Origin: Bacteroidales bacterium
GTDB taxonomy: Bacteria > Bacteroidota > Bacteroidia > Bacteroidales > Tenuifilaceae
NCBI GenBank assembly: GCA_020636845.1
Contig: JACJXD010000006.1
Coordinates: 29,153 to 93,152 of the forward strand
Length of the DNA stretch: 64,000 nucleotides
Direction of reading: 5' to 3'
Shown here: piece by piece, positions 29,449 to 39,300 of the stretch
How the letters are laid out: each line of letters starts with the position of its first letter
How positions within the stretch are numbered: the first letter of the stretch is position 1
The notes under the pieces: model-generated
Told to the model about the DNA's origin: nothing
The model's database searches: none
What the model saw: the letters and a program-made list of their open reading frames with translations, nothing else
Program-made: the position numbers and the translations under genes

Positions 29449-29592
29449 TTTTCTAAAAAATAAGATCGGCAGTATTGCATGTTACACAAATATTAGGATT
29501 TCAAAACTTTATAGCTATGGCTGTATATTTTATGTTGATATTGTTCATGGTATAGGTAAAGTATTTCGAAAACATCGGCACCTTTACAAACA

Positions 29593-29832
29593 TCAGCGTT
29601 TTTTTTTGATCATATCGACCACGATATTGTACTGCTTGCTTTGGAATACCCCGAAAACTAATTTGTTATTGTGGATTGCAACATCAGGTTTCCGTTTCCA
29701 GTTCGGTTTGGACCAACTTAGCTAACTGCTACCCAAGTAATCGTCATCGGTAAGATTTCTTTTTAATTTGGAACATTTCCTTTCCAACCTTTCGAATACC
29801 TTACGGTAGTTTTGTTGCTGCGCACATTTGCT
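29593..29832 (-). pseudogene. Decayed ORF remnant of unknown family
   Basis: My minus-strand translation is ..SKCAQQQNYRKVFERLERKCSKLKRNLTDDDYLGSS*LSWSKPNWKRKPDVAIHNNKLVFGVFQSKQYNIVVDMIKKKR*. One frame is interrupted by an in-frame TAG (plus strand 29722-29724). There is no start codon context. Confidence 0.35.
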
Positions 29833-29844
29833 CTATTACCTCCA

Positions 29845-30227
29845 ATAGTGCGTTTTGCTTCTTGCATAGTGTAAGTTGCACCTTTTCTATGAGAAATACA
29901 TTACCTATTTGTTTTATTTAAATAGTAGTTTATTTGTGGATTTGATACTATAAAACAATAAACAATTTTAAATGAAATGAATAGAAAAAATTCCATTAAA
30001 ATGAGGTTTAAGTAATATATAATCTCGCATTTATAAAGACGTTTTGTGTTCTGATACTTTTAAACCCTGCAAATTTTGGCTTTGCTGAGCATGATAAATC
30101 AGCTATTTTTATATTGAGTTTTTGTTAGGTAAATATTGATATGGAAAAGCACTGGGTTGAAAGTATAGTGGTGCTAATTCGGCAATATGGCAGGCGCAAA
30201 CATCCTCTGGATTATGCGAACCGTTAC
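29845..30227 (+). repeat. Direct repeat copy B (diverged copy of 21735-22134)
   Basis: It keeps only about 25 nt around the receptor start codon, the whole intergenic region and 87 nt of nth. Homology ends at ..gcgaaccgttac. Confidence 0.9.
30141..30227 (+). pseudogene. nth: Truncated 5' fragment of endonuclease III
   Basis: MEKHWVESIVVLIRQYGRRKHPLDYANRY matches MEKHWVESIAPLIRQYGKRKHPLDYANRY of the intact nth. The frame then leaves homology and reaches stop codons within about 30 codons. Confidence 0.85.
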
Positions 30228-30327
30228 TGCTCATGCAATTTGCCATTACGGGCAAGAAAGAGTCCGACGATAATTATCTTGATAAAAAGATAATAGAACT
30301 TTTAATAGCTGATTAGATAGATTATAT

Positions 30328-30900
30328 ATGAAACTAATACTAAAAAAGATTGTAGAATCTAAAACACTGATTGCTTTCCTGATACTTTTTTCACCATTAA
30401 TTATTTCAATCTTAATTGTAACAAATGGACAATCAATTGGGATTCCTGAGAAATTAAATATCCCGTTAACTGGGCTGTTTTACCCATATCTTCAACTCGT
30501 GATTTGGATATATTGGGTGTGGTATGTGGTTAATAGATTAGGAGAGTATGACCAGATTGATACAAAATCAATTGATAAATACGGTAAGGTAATTAGATGT
30601 TCAAAAGTGATTTTTATAATTCTAATTTTAGAGTTAATAATAAACTCAATGATGCCAGGATTGATTGAATATTCAAAAATACTAGAACAGATTGTAATGT
30701 ATGTTTCATACGGCTTGATAATTGCCCAGTTTTATCTTTTTTATGCTTGGATTTATGGATTCTGGATTATAACTAAGACGCTAAATGATGTTTATGAGAA
30801 AAAAAGGGAAGAAAGAAGTATGACAATGATTTTGTTCTTTTTCATGCCTTTTACATTTGGTGTGATTCACAAAAAAATTAGACATGAATTGAATTTATAA
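30328..30900 (+). CDS. Hypothetical multi-pass membrane protein
   Basis: 190 aa with about 5 hydrophobic segments. It is very AT-rich. I recognise no motif. Confidence 0.55.
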   Translation: MKLILKKIVESKTLIAFLILFSPLIISILIVTNGQSIGIPEKLNIPLTGLFYPYLQLVIWIYWVWYVVNRLGEYDQIDTKSIDKYGKVIRCSKVIFIILILELIINSMMPGLIEYSKILEQIVMYVSYGLIIAQFYLFYAWIYGFWIITKTLNDVYEKKREERSMTMILFFFMPFTFGVIHKKIRHELNL

Positions 30901-30962
30901 ATGCTGCCAGTTCATAAATTGCAAAACCTTTAATCAGATTAAACAATAGACATAGTAATTAT

Positions 30963-31499
30963 ATGAAAGGATTATTAATAATTGACATGCAGAAAGTTTC
31001 GTTTACTCCGGAAACCCCTCGTTTTGATGCAAAAGGGGTAATTGAAAAAATAAACTTGCTTTCTAATAATTTCAGAAAAAATGGAGACAAGGTTATTTTT
31101 ATACAGCACGATGGAACAAAAGACAATTTTTGTATTCCGAATACTTCCGAATGGGAAATACTAGACGAATTAGATAGAGATAGCCAAGATTTAGTAATAA
31201 GCAAAACGGCAAATGACTCATTCTATAATTCTGAATTAAATGACATCTTAAAGGATAATGGGATAGATGAGTTGATAATAACTGGATGTGCTACAGATTT
31301 TTGTGTTGATTCAACGGTTAAGTCGGCACTTACAAATAATTATAGAGTGACGGTAATTTCTGATGGTCATACTACAGGCAATCGACCACATCTTAGCGCA
31401 GAGAAAGTAATTGAGCACTATAATTGGATGTGGAAAGAGACGATTCCTATAAATGGAAAGATAACCGTATTAGAATGTAAAGATTATATCAATTTATGA
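30963..31499 (+). CDS. Isochorismatase-family cysteine hydrolase
   Basis: 178 aa. LLIIDMQ (Asp region) and LIITGCATDFCVDSTVKSA (catalytic Cys) fit the isochorismatase/nicotinamidase fold. Confidence 0.75.
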   Translation: MKGLLIIDMQKVSFTPETPRFDAKGVIEKINLLSNNFRKNGDKVIFIQHDGTKDNFCIPNTSEWEILDELDRDSQDLVISKTANDSFYNSELNDILKDNGIDELIITGCATDFCVDSTVKSALTNNYRVTVISDGHTTGNRPHLSAEKVIEHYNWMWKETIPINGKITVLECKDYINL

Positions 31500-31596
31500 C
31501 GTTATGAAATAGCGAATACCGATAACCTTGAAAAACGATAATTAGTAGATGTGTTAAAAAGGAATACTGAAAACAAAGGTAATAAAATAAAATCGC

Positions 31597-32775
31597 ATGA
31601 AACGGAATAAACAATGTAAGAAAAGTATGAAAGGATACTTTATAATAACCCTTTTAATGGCTCAGGCTATTAATGTATTTTCCCAAGAAAGAAGTACTTG
31701 GAAGCATTACTATTCGCTTGTAGATTCGGCAGAGCAAGCTATTATAGTTTCATCGGATACTAATGCGTTAACATATTATTCCAGTGCGTTTAACATGGTA
31801 AATAATCCCTATCCGGAGGATTTACACAATGCGCTGCTTTGTGCAGTTAAGGTAAACAATTTCGATTTGTCAATTAAATATGCAAAAGAGTTAGTTGCAG
31901 CAGGTACAACATTAGACGAATTGGAGGATAATAAGCATTTGGAGCCATTAATTAATTCGAACGAATGGAAAGTTTTTCAAAAGGAGTACAGTTCAATTCA
32001 TAACAAGTTTTTAAAGAGTAAAAATGCAAAACTTGACAGTTTGATGGATTACGTATTGTGGTCGGACCAATATTATGCAAGAAAAAGAACTCAAATGGGA
32101 TATGAAGACTCTCTTTTTTACGCGGTCTTCGATAATGTAAAAAGTATTTTGGCTTACTCTAATAAGTATGAGTATCCTAATAGGGTGGACTACGGCTTAG
32201 CTTTAGTACATTTTTTTCAGTTGCAATATCGTTTTAACGATAAAAGATTTTTTGATTCAACTAAAAGGGTGGAGTATATAGAAAAGGGCTACGATTATAA
32301 CTCGATAAATTTGGATAGCATTCAAATAGACATGGTACTTCAAGGAAAGTTTTATCCTAAATACTTATACTGGGCTAGCCCTACTTTGCTTCTTCAAATT
32401 GACGATTCACTTGCATTAATTAACTACTCCGATAGCATCATAAACCGATTAGATTCTTTACGGGAAATAGTGGGGCTGTCAGATATGGCAACATATTTGA
32501 GAAAAGGACTTTTTCAGCTGAAAATAGATGGATTTAGGTATAAATATCCCGGAGAAACAACCGAAGAATACCTAAATTCTTGGAAAACAGCCGATGGAAA
32601 CTTCTTTTTAAGTCTCTGCCCTGCATTTTCAATGTTTTTTGTTAAGGAATACGAGAACAATAAAAAAATATTTGAGGAAGAAATGAGGCGTATGCAAGAC
32701 CCTGATGTTAGGAAAAAATTTCGAGACTATGTTATATTTAAGGAAATTCCCCGACCTAAAATTCGCTATAGATGA
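31597..32775 (+). CDS. Hypothetical secreted protein
   Basis: 392 aa. It has the signal-like segment GYFIITLLMAQAINVFSQ and is AT-rich. I recognise no motif. The start may instead be Met11. Confidence 0.55.
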   Translation: MKRNKQCKKSMKGYFIITLLMAQAINVFSQERSTWKHYYSLVDSAEQAIIVSSDTNALTYYSSAFNMVNNPYPEDLHNALLCAVKVNNFDLSIKYAKELVAAGTTLDELEDNKHLEPLINSNEWKVFQKEYSSIHNKFLKSKNAKLDSLMDYVLWSDQYYARKRTQMGYEDSLFYAVFDNVKSILAYSNKYEYPNRVDYGLALVHFFQLQYRFNDKRFFDSTKRVEYIEKGYDYNSINLDSIQIDMVLQGKFYPKYLYWASPTLLLQIDDSLALINYSDSIINRLDSLREIVGLSDMATYLRKGLFQLKIDGFRYKYPGETTEEYLNSWKTADGNFFLSLCPAFSMFFVKEYENNKKIFEEEMRRMQDPDVRKKFRDYVIFKEIPRPKIRYR

Positions 32776-32876
32776 TGAGTAACCCTTGTTGTAGTATTTT
32801 GCTATAAAGCCTTGGAATAGGTTGGTTTGCTAAACTTTTATTCTTATTTGCTATGAAATTTTACTAACTATCTCCG

Positions 32877-33986
32877 ATGGAAATCGAGCCCAAAAAGGAG
32901 CAGCGAAAGATAGTTCATATCGATATGGATGCTTTTTACGCGTCCATTGAGCAGCGCGATAATCCGGAATATCGTGGTAAGCCGATTGTTGTTGGCGGTT
33001 CGCCCGAAGGGCGTGGGGTTGTTGCTACGGCAAGTTACGAGGCTCGTAAGTTTGGAATACATTCGGCAATGTCATCAAAACGGGCATTACAACTTTGCCC
33101 CGAGGTTATTTTTGTGAGGCCAAGGTTTAGCGTTTATAAGGAGGTCTCGGCAAAACTGCACGAAATATTTAGGCGTTATACCGATTTAATTGAGCCCCTT
33201 TCGTTGGACGAGGCGTACTTGGATGTTACCCGCGATAAGCAAAACATTGGTTCGGCTATTGAGATTGCCCGCCAAATACGGCAGGCAATAAAGGATGAGT
33301 TGCACCTGACCGCATCGGCCGGAATATCGGTGAATAAATTTGTGGCCAAGGTTGCATCGGACTTTAAAAAGCCCGATGGGCTAACTTTTGTTGGACCTTC
33401 GAAGGTCGAAAAGTTTATTGAACAGTTGCCGGTCGAAAAGTTCTTTGGTGTTGGCAAGGTTACAGCAGAAAAAATGAAGCGCATGAAGTTGTTTACCGGC
33501 GCCGATTTGAAGCAACTGTCCGAACGGGAAATGACGAAGCATTTTGGAAAAGCCGGCCGATTCTTTTTCAACATTGTGCGGGGTATTGACGAAAGAACAG
33601 TGCAACCTGAAAGAGAAACTAAGTCGGTAGGAGCGGAAGATACTTTCCCGGAGGATTTGGAGAACATTGAGGAGATGAATGCTGAGTTGGAGAGAATTGC
33701 CCACAGGGTTGTTGACCGTTTGCAAAAGCACAATTTGAAAGGGCATACGCTTACGTTAAAAGTTAAGTATGGTAATTTTAAGCAAATTACACGGAGTAAA
33801 ACATTTCCTAATCCTATAACAGATATGGATTCAATATCGGAAATTGCAATTCAACTGTTAAGTTCGGTAGAAATGGAAGGCCGAAAGGTAAGGTTGTTGG
33901 GTATAACACTTTCGAATTTTGATGAGCAGGTAACCGCATTTAAAGATTACGGCGATGCAATACAGCTAAGCCTTTTTGACGATTAA
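32877..33986 (+). CDS. dinB: DNA polymerase IV (Y-family)
   Basis: 369 aa. Motifs IVHIDMDAFYASIEQRDNP, SLDEAYLDVT and the GVGKVTAEKM HhH are present. Confidence 0.92.
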   Translation: MEIEPKKEQRKIVHIDMDAFYASIEQRDNPEYRGKPIVVGGSPEGRGVVATASYEARKFGIHSAMSSKRALQLCPEVIFVRPRFSVYKEVSAKLHEIFRRYTDLIEPLSLDEAYLDVTRDKQNIGSAIEIARQIRQAIKDELHLTASAGISVNKFVAKVASDFKKPDGLTFVGPSKVEKFIEQLPVEKFFGVGKVTAEKMKRMKLFTGADLKQLSEREMTKHFGKAGRFFFNIVRGIDERTVQPERETKSVGAEDTFPEDLENIEEMNAELERIAHRVVDRLQKHNLKGHTLTLKVKYGNFKQITRSKTFPNPITDMDSISEIAIQLLSSVEMEGRKVRLLGITLSNFDEQVTAFKDYGDAIQLSLFDD

Positions 33987-34117
33987 CTTTTCTATCAGTA
34001 ACTTTTGTTATGTCAAACAAATGTACGGAGAGCATTTCCGTATGAGGAGCAAGGAGAGTTGCTCGCTTACTTTTTTTATGGAGTAACAACTTTATTAGTG
34101 AAAATTATAGGGGCATT

Positions 34118-34726
34118 TTATGCGTCGGGGTATTTTGCTTTTAGTTTTTCCCATATTGTTTTTCCTTGTTGAGTGCATACGCTGTTGTGATGGTATTCGA
34201 GAAAACTATTTAATGGCAAGGATAAAACTTGCGGCGTTAAAAGTATTTTTAGTATAAACGAGTTAAAAAAGAAGGTAAGAATATTGGCTGTTTCAGTAGG
34301 GTTTATTTCTTTTCGGTAAACTTTTTCGTTAATTCCACGGGTAATGTTTTTTTCGAAAACCTGTGTTGTTAGTTGATTCGCTACGATTGATATTTCATTC
34401 CTTATAGCGTAGTAGCGCTTTAAATCGTAAAGCGTTGTTGCGCTTATCTTCTTTTGCTTTTTACTAATGAGTTTAAATAGAAGGTATGTTTCGTAAATAG
34501 CATTAGGACTAATGCTTTGTATCGATTTTATGCTCTCTTTAAAGTTGTATAGATCCTTACTAAAGACTTCGTTAACCAGTTGATTTTTATCCTTAAATTT
34601 TTGGTATAGCGTTCTTTTCGAAATACCGAGTTCGGAGCATATATCGTTCATTGTTACATTTTTAATGCCTACTTCGAAAAACATATTTCTTATTGGTTCG
34701 AAGTATTGGTCGATGAATTCTTCCAT
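34118..34726 (-). CDS. TetR/AcrR family transcriptional regulator
   Basis: 202 aa. The N-terminal HTH is VTMNDICSELGISKRTLYQKF. Confidence 0.8.
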   Translation of the reverse strand: MEEFIDQYFEPIRNMFFEVGIKNVTMNDICSELGISKRTLYQKFKDKNQLVNEVFSKDLYNFKESIKSIQSISPNAIYETYLLFKLISKKQKKISATTLYDLKRYYAIRNEISIVANQLTTQVFEKNITRGINEKVYRKEINPTETANILTFFFNSFILKILLTPQVLSLPLNSFLEYHHNSVCTQQGKTIWEKLKAKYPDA

Positions 34727-34815
34727 AGTTATTTGTTTCTGTGTTATTAATATGTGGAATATGGAAAGGCCGCTAAAATCGTTTATGGTAAGTAAAAAGT
34801 GTTCTCGGTTAAATT

Positions 34816-34851
34816 AACTATCCCCAACTTGTTTGTACGTTGGGGATAGTT
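34816..34851 (-). terminator. Strong hairpin downstream of the efflux operon (probable terminator)
   Basis: A perfect 13-bp stem aactatccccaac/gttggggatagtt has a 10-nt loop. The U-tract is poor on the minus strand, so the orientation and function are uncertain. Confidence 0.45.
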
Positions 34852-34878
34852 TTTAGTAGATTGTTATTTCCTTTTATT

Positions 34879-36306
34879 TTACTTGTTTGTACGTTGAATT
34901 CCTCCTCCTAATGCTTTATAAAGGTTTACTCCGTATATCAACTGTTCAAGTTTATCGTTGACCTGATTTAGCTGCGCCGATAGCAGATTTTGCTCTGCAG
35001 AAAGCACTTCGGTATAAATTGCTTCGCCTGCAATAAGTAAGTCTTTAGAGTAGTTTACGGCATTGCTAAGGGAAGTAATTTGCTTTTCCCTGTATTCATT
35101 CTTTTTTAAAGAAGATTCGTAGCCATATAAAATATCCGATACCTCTTGTCCTGCTTCCAAAACCGTATTACGGAATGTTAGTAAAGCCGCTTCTTGCTGC
35201 GCTTTGGCTATTTCCAGATTTCCTTTCAGTTGCCTTTTGTTAAAAATGGGCTGGGTTAAACCTGCAACAATATTGGCTGCAAGATTCTCAGGCTTAAAGA
35301 AATTGGAAAAATCGCCAGCAGCCAAACCAAAACTAGCAGAGGTTATAGCTAGCGATGGGTAAAAACTTGCTTTTGCCGCATCGGTAGTGGCGTAAGCAGC
35401 AAGAACGCTCAGTTCTGCCTGCTTTACGTCGGGGCGGTTGGATAGGAGTTGAGCAGGAACGCCAACTTTTAAATCGGTGTTGACTGTTTGGTTTTCTATC
35501 GAAGAGCGTTCAACAGGACCGAGTTTTCGTCCTAACAAAATGCAAATGGCATTTTCCTGTTCTCGTATTTGGCTTTCCAGTGCGGGTACCGAAAGTTGGG
35601 TGCTGTAAAGAAGTGCATAACTTTGTTCGACTGCCGCTGCATTTTGCTGTCCAGCTTCTTTTAGGGCAACTATTGTTTCAGCGCTTTCCTGAAGTAGCAC
35701 TATAGTTTCCTTTGTAACTTGCAGCTGTTTATCTAGCGCTAGGAGATTATAGTAAGCCTTAGAAATGCTGGCAATGAGTTCGGACTGAATTAAATTTTTA
35801 TACTCGTAACTGCTTAAATAGTTTGCGTACTGGGCTTTCGATTTGCTATTCAGTTTTCCCCATAGGTCAATTTCCCATGATGCTGAAAATCCAAGAGAGT
35901 TTTGGTTTGAAGTATATCCAAGAATATCACGACCATTAGTACCATTGCTGGTTCGTGTATGGTCTATTTGAAATCCTGCCGATAAGGAGGGCAGCCTGTT
36001 ACCTGTAGCCATGCTTAACGATGCTTCGGCTTGTTTAATGCGTGTTATGGCTACCTGCAGGTTAATGTTATTGGAGAGTCCTTCCGTTATTAATGTCTGA
36101 AGTTTGGAATCTGTAAAATAATTCTCCCAAGGAATATTGGCAATGGTGGTAGAATCCTCATTATTAACATCTCTGATGATTCCGTCTGTATCAACCTGTG
36201 GTGTACTGCTTAAATGCTTATAGGATTGACATGATGTTAAGCCCAAAACAAGTACAGCGATAACGGGGATAAATAACCTATTGAGTTTATATTTACTGTT
36301 ATTCAT
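34879..36306 (-). CDS. RND efflux outer-membrane factor lipoprotein (NodT/TolC family)
   Basis: 475 aa. The lipobox is VLGLTSC. The two-repeat alpha/beta TolC-like sequence includes SLPSLSAGFQ and FYPSLAITSA. Confidence 0.88.
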   Translation of the reverse strand: MNNSKYKLNRLFIPVIAVLVLGLTSCQSYKHLSSTPQVDTDGIIRDVNNEDSTTIANIPWENYFTDSKLQTLITEGLSNNINLQVAITRIKQAEASLSMATGNRLPSLSAGFQIDHTRTSNGTNGRDILGYTSNQNSLGFSASWEIDLWGKLNSKSKAQYANYLSSYEYKNLIQSELIASISKAYYNLLALDKQLQVTKETIVLLQESAETIVALKEAGQQNAAAVEQSYALLYSTQLSVPALESQIREQENAICILLGRKLGPVERSSIENQTVNTDLKVGVPAQLLSNRPDVKQAELSVLAAYATTDAAKASFYPSLAITSASFGLAAGDFSNFFKPENLAANIVAGLTQPIFNKRQLKGNLEIAKAQQEAALLTFRNTVLEAGQEVSDILYGYESSLKKNEYREKQITSLSNAVNYSKDLLIAGEAIYTEVLSAEQNLLSAQLNQVNDKLEQLIYGVNLYKALGGGIQRTNK

Positions 36307-36317
36307 ATTATTTCATT

Positions 36318-39300
36318 TTAAAAGTCGGAATCATCAATGGTTTCAATTTTATGGCTACTAAGTTTTTCGTGTAGTCCTTGGAAGAGAATGAATAGGATAG
36401 GAACTATTAAAATTCCTATAAATGTTCCGAATAGCATTCCTCCTAGTGCGCTGATTCCTATTGACCTATTTCCAATAGCACCGGCACCGCTTGCGAAAGC
36501 TAGTGGAATTAATCCTATTATCATGGTTAAAGCAGTCATCATAACCGGACGCAACCTTATAACAGCGGCGGTAATAGCAGCTTTTACTATGCTCATGCCT
36601 TGCCTACGACGCTGTAGTGCATACTCTACAATTAGGATGGCAGTTTTAGCCAGCAACCCGATAATCATTACCAGCGATATTTGTACGTAAATGTTGTTGT
36701 TTATGCCGCTACCACCCATCATGGCAGCAAAAGTAAATAGGTATATTCCTGCAAGTCCGATAGGTAGCGAAAATATTACCGCTAACGGTAATATGTAACT
36801 TTCGTACAATGCCGCTAACAACAAGTAAACAAATACTACACTTAACAGTAAAATTATGGCAGTGTTGTTTTTTGTTCCTGCTTCTTCACGGGTCATTCCC
36901 GAATAATCGTAACTATATCCGGTAGGTAAGCCTATTTCATCTATTAATTTTAATACATCACTTGAAGTGTAACCGGCAGGATAATTTGGAATGATAGTAA
37001 AGCTCATCGAGCTAAACAGGTTAAATCGGGTTAGCCCTTGTGGTCCTGTTATATCGGTTACTTTTATAAATTCAGTGATAGGAGTCATTTCTCCATTAGA
37101 TGCCTTAACGTAGATGCTGTTTAGGTTATCGAGTTGGGCTCGGTATTCTGGGGCAGCCTGAACAATTACCCTATACTGTTTCCCATAGGCATTGAAGTTC
37201 GAAATATATAAACTCCCGATATTTTGTTGTAAGGTAAGCATTATGTTGCTTAAGGTTAACCCTGCTTCCTTTATTTTGGGAATGTTTGCTTCAATTTGTT
37301 TTTGAGGGAATCGGGGATTAAAGGAGTTCATTGCAACAAGCACTTCGGGTCTTGCCCTAAGTTTATTAAGAAAATTTGAAGCGACGCTATAGAATTTGTT
37401 GATATCGCCACCTGTTCGGTCTTGTAACTTTAATTCTACTCCGTTGCTTAATCCAAAGCCCATTAAAGTTGGAACTCCAAAAAACATGAAGGAGGCATTT
37501 TTTACACCCTTGGTTTTTTGCTGTAATATCGAAACTATTTCGTTGGCCGTTTTGTCCCTCTTGCTCCAACTTTTTAGCCTGATAACTGCCGATCCGTAAG
37601 AACTTCCTGCACCATTCATAAAACTATACCCGCTTAAGGATATCATGGTTTCAACTTCAGGAATTGCTTCAACTATTTTTGTTACTTGTGTTAAAATGCT
37701 GTCGGTTTGCTCCAGCGAAGAGCCGGGGATAAGTTCTATGGTTCCCATTATGGCGCCGCTATCTTCTTGAGGAACGAAGCTGGAAGGTAAAATGCTTATG
37801 ATAGAGTAAAGTATGAATGAAAACAGGAGTACAACGGCAACGGATATCCACCGGTGATTTTTCTTTGCCAGGTATATAAGTATTTTTTTGTATTTCTTGG
37901 TGGCCGCATTAAACGCACGGTTAAAGTACATGAGGAATACATTAATAGGAGTTCTTTTTCTATCTTTTGGCAATACATGCTTTTTTAAGAAGAGGGACGA
38001 TAGTACGGGACTTAATGTAAGTGCGTTAACTCCCGAAATTAAAATGGCTACTGTTAGCGTTAATCCAAATTGTTTAAAGAAAACTCCGCTGGTTCCTCCA
38101 ATGTAGCTAACAGGGATAAATACCGAGGCCGAAACTAAAGTCATGGAAATAATTGCAGGGGCAATTTCCTTGAGGGTTTTTAGTGCGGCTTGTTTCGAAT
38201 CCTTTATACCCGAATCCAGTTGAAGATATACGGCTTCAACCACCACAATGGCATCGTCAACTACCATTCCTATGGCTAAAACCAAGGCAAATAGGGTTAG
38301 TAGGTTGATAGAAAATCCAAATAGTTTAAGGAAGAAGAAAGTTCCAATAATGGAAACAGGTACTGCAATGGCAGGAATAAAAGAGGCTCTAAAATTTTGA
38401 AGGAATACCAAGATGATTAGGAGTACCAGAATAAACACTTCGATTAGCGTGCTTATTACTTTACTTATCGATTCGTTCAGGAAATCGCTAACATCCATCT
38501 GGTAATGAAAACTTACTCCTTCAGGAAGAACCTTTGCTACTTTTGCCATTTGGTTTTTTACATCGGTAATAATATCCTGAGCATTCGACTCGGCTGTTTG
38601 GCTAACAGCTAGCATAATTGCAGGATTTCCGCTCGATTTGGTGATAATGCTATACGATTGTGCTCCTAGTTCTACATCTGCAACATCCTTTACTCGTAGA
38701 ATGTTAGTGCCGTCGGAACGAATAATAATATTTCCGAACTCCTCTGCCGTTTTTAACTTTCCCGTAAATTTGAGTGAATATTGAAATGTTTGGTTTCCCA
38801 TTTCACCTAATTCTCCAGGAGCGGCTTCAATATTCTGATCTTGTAAAGCCGCAACTACTTCGGATGAAGTTAGTTTATAGGATTTCATTACATCCGGTTT
38901 AAGCCAAATACGCATTGAGTAGTTTCCTGCACCCAATACATCAACACCTCCAACTCCGGTAACCCTTTTTAACTGAGGAACTATGTTGATTTGAGCGTAA
39001 TTTTGCAGAAACTTTGCATCGTAATTTGGATTTTGGGATTTCAGCTGTATCATTAAGATGTAACCGCTCTGTTGCTTTTCAACGGTAACACCGTTTTGTG
39101 TAACTTCCGAGGGTAAAAGCGATGTTGCCTGAGAAACCCTGTTTTGTACGTTAACCGTTGCAATGTCAGGGTCAATTCCTTGTTTAAAATATACAACAAT
39201 TGATGCAGAACCTCCATTATATGCTGATGAAGTCATGTAGGTCATTCCTTCAACACCGTTAATTTGCTCTTCCAATGGAACAATAACACTTTTTAAAACA

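Noticed and set aside
22669-32876. Looked for integrase, transposase, relaxase or phage genes that would define the accessory block as a classical mobile element.
   Set aside because: None is recognisable in any frame I read. The block is reported only as a repeat-bounded accessory region, not as a named mobile element.
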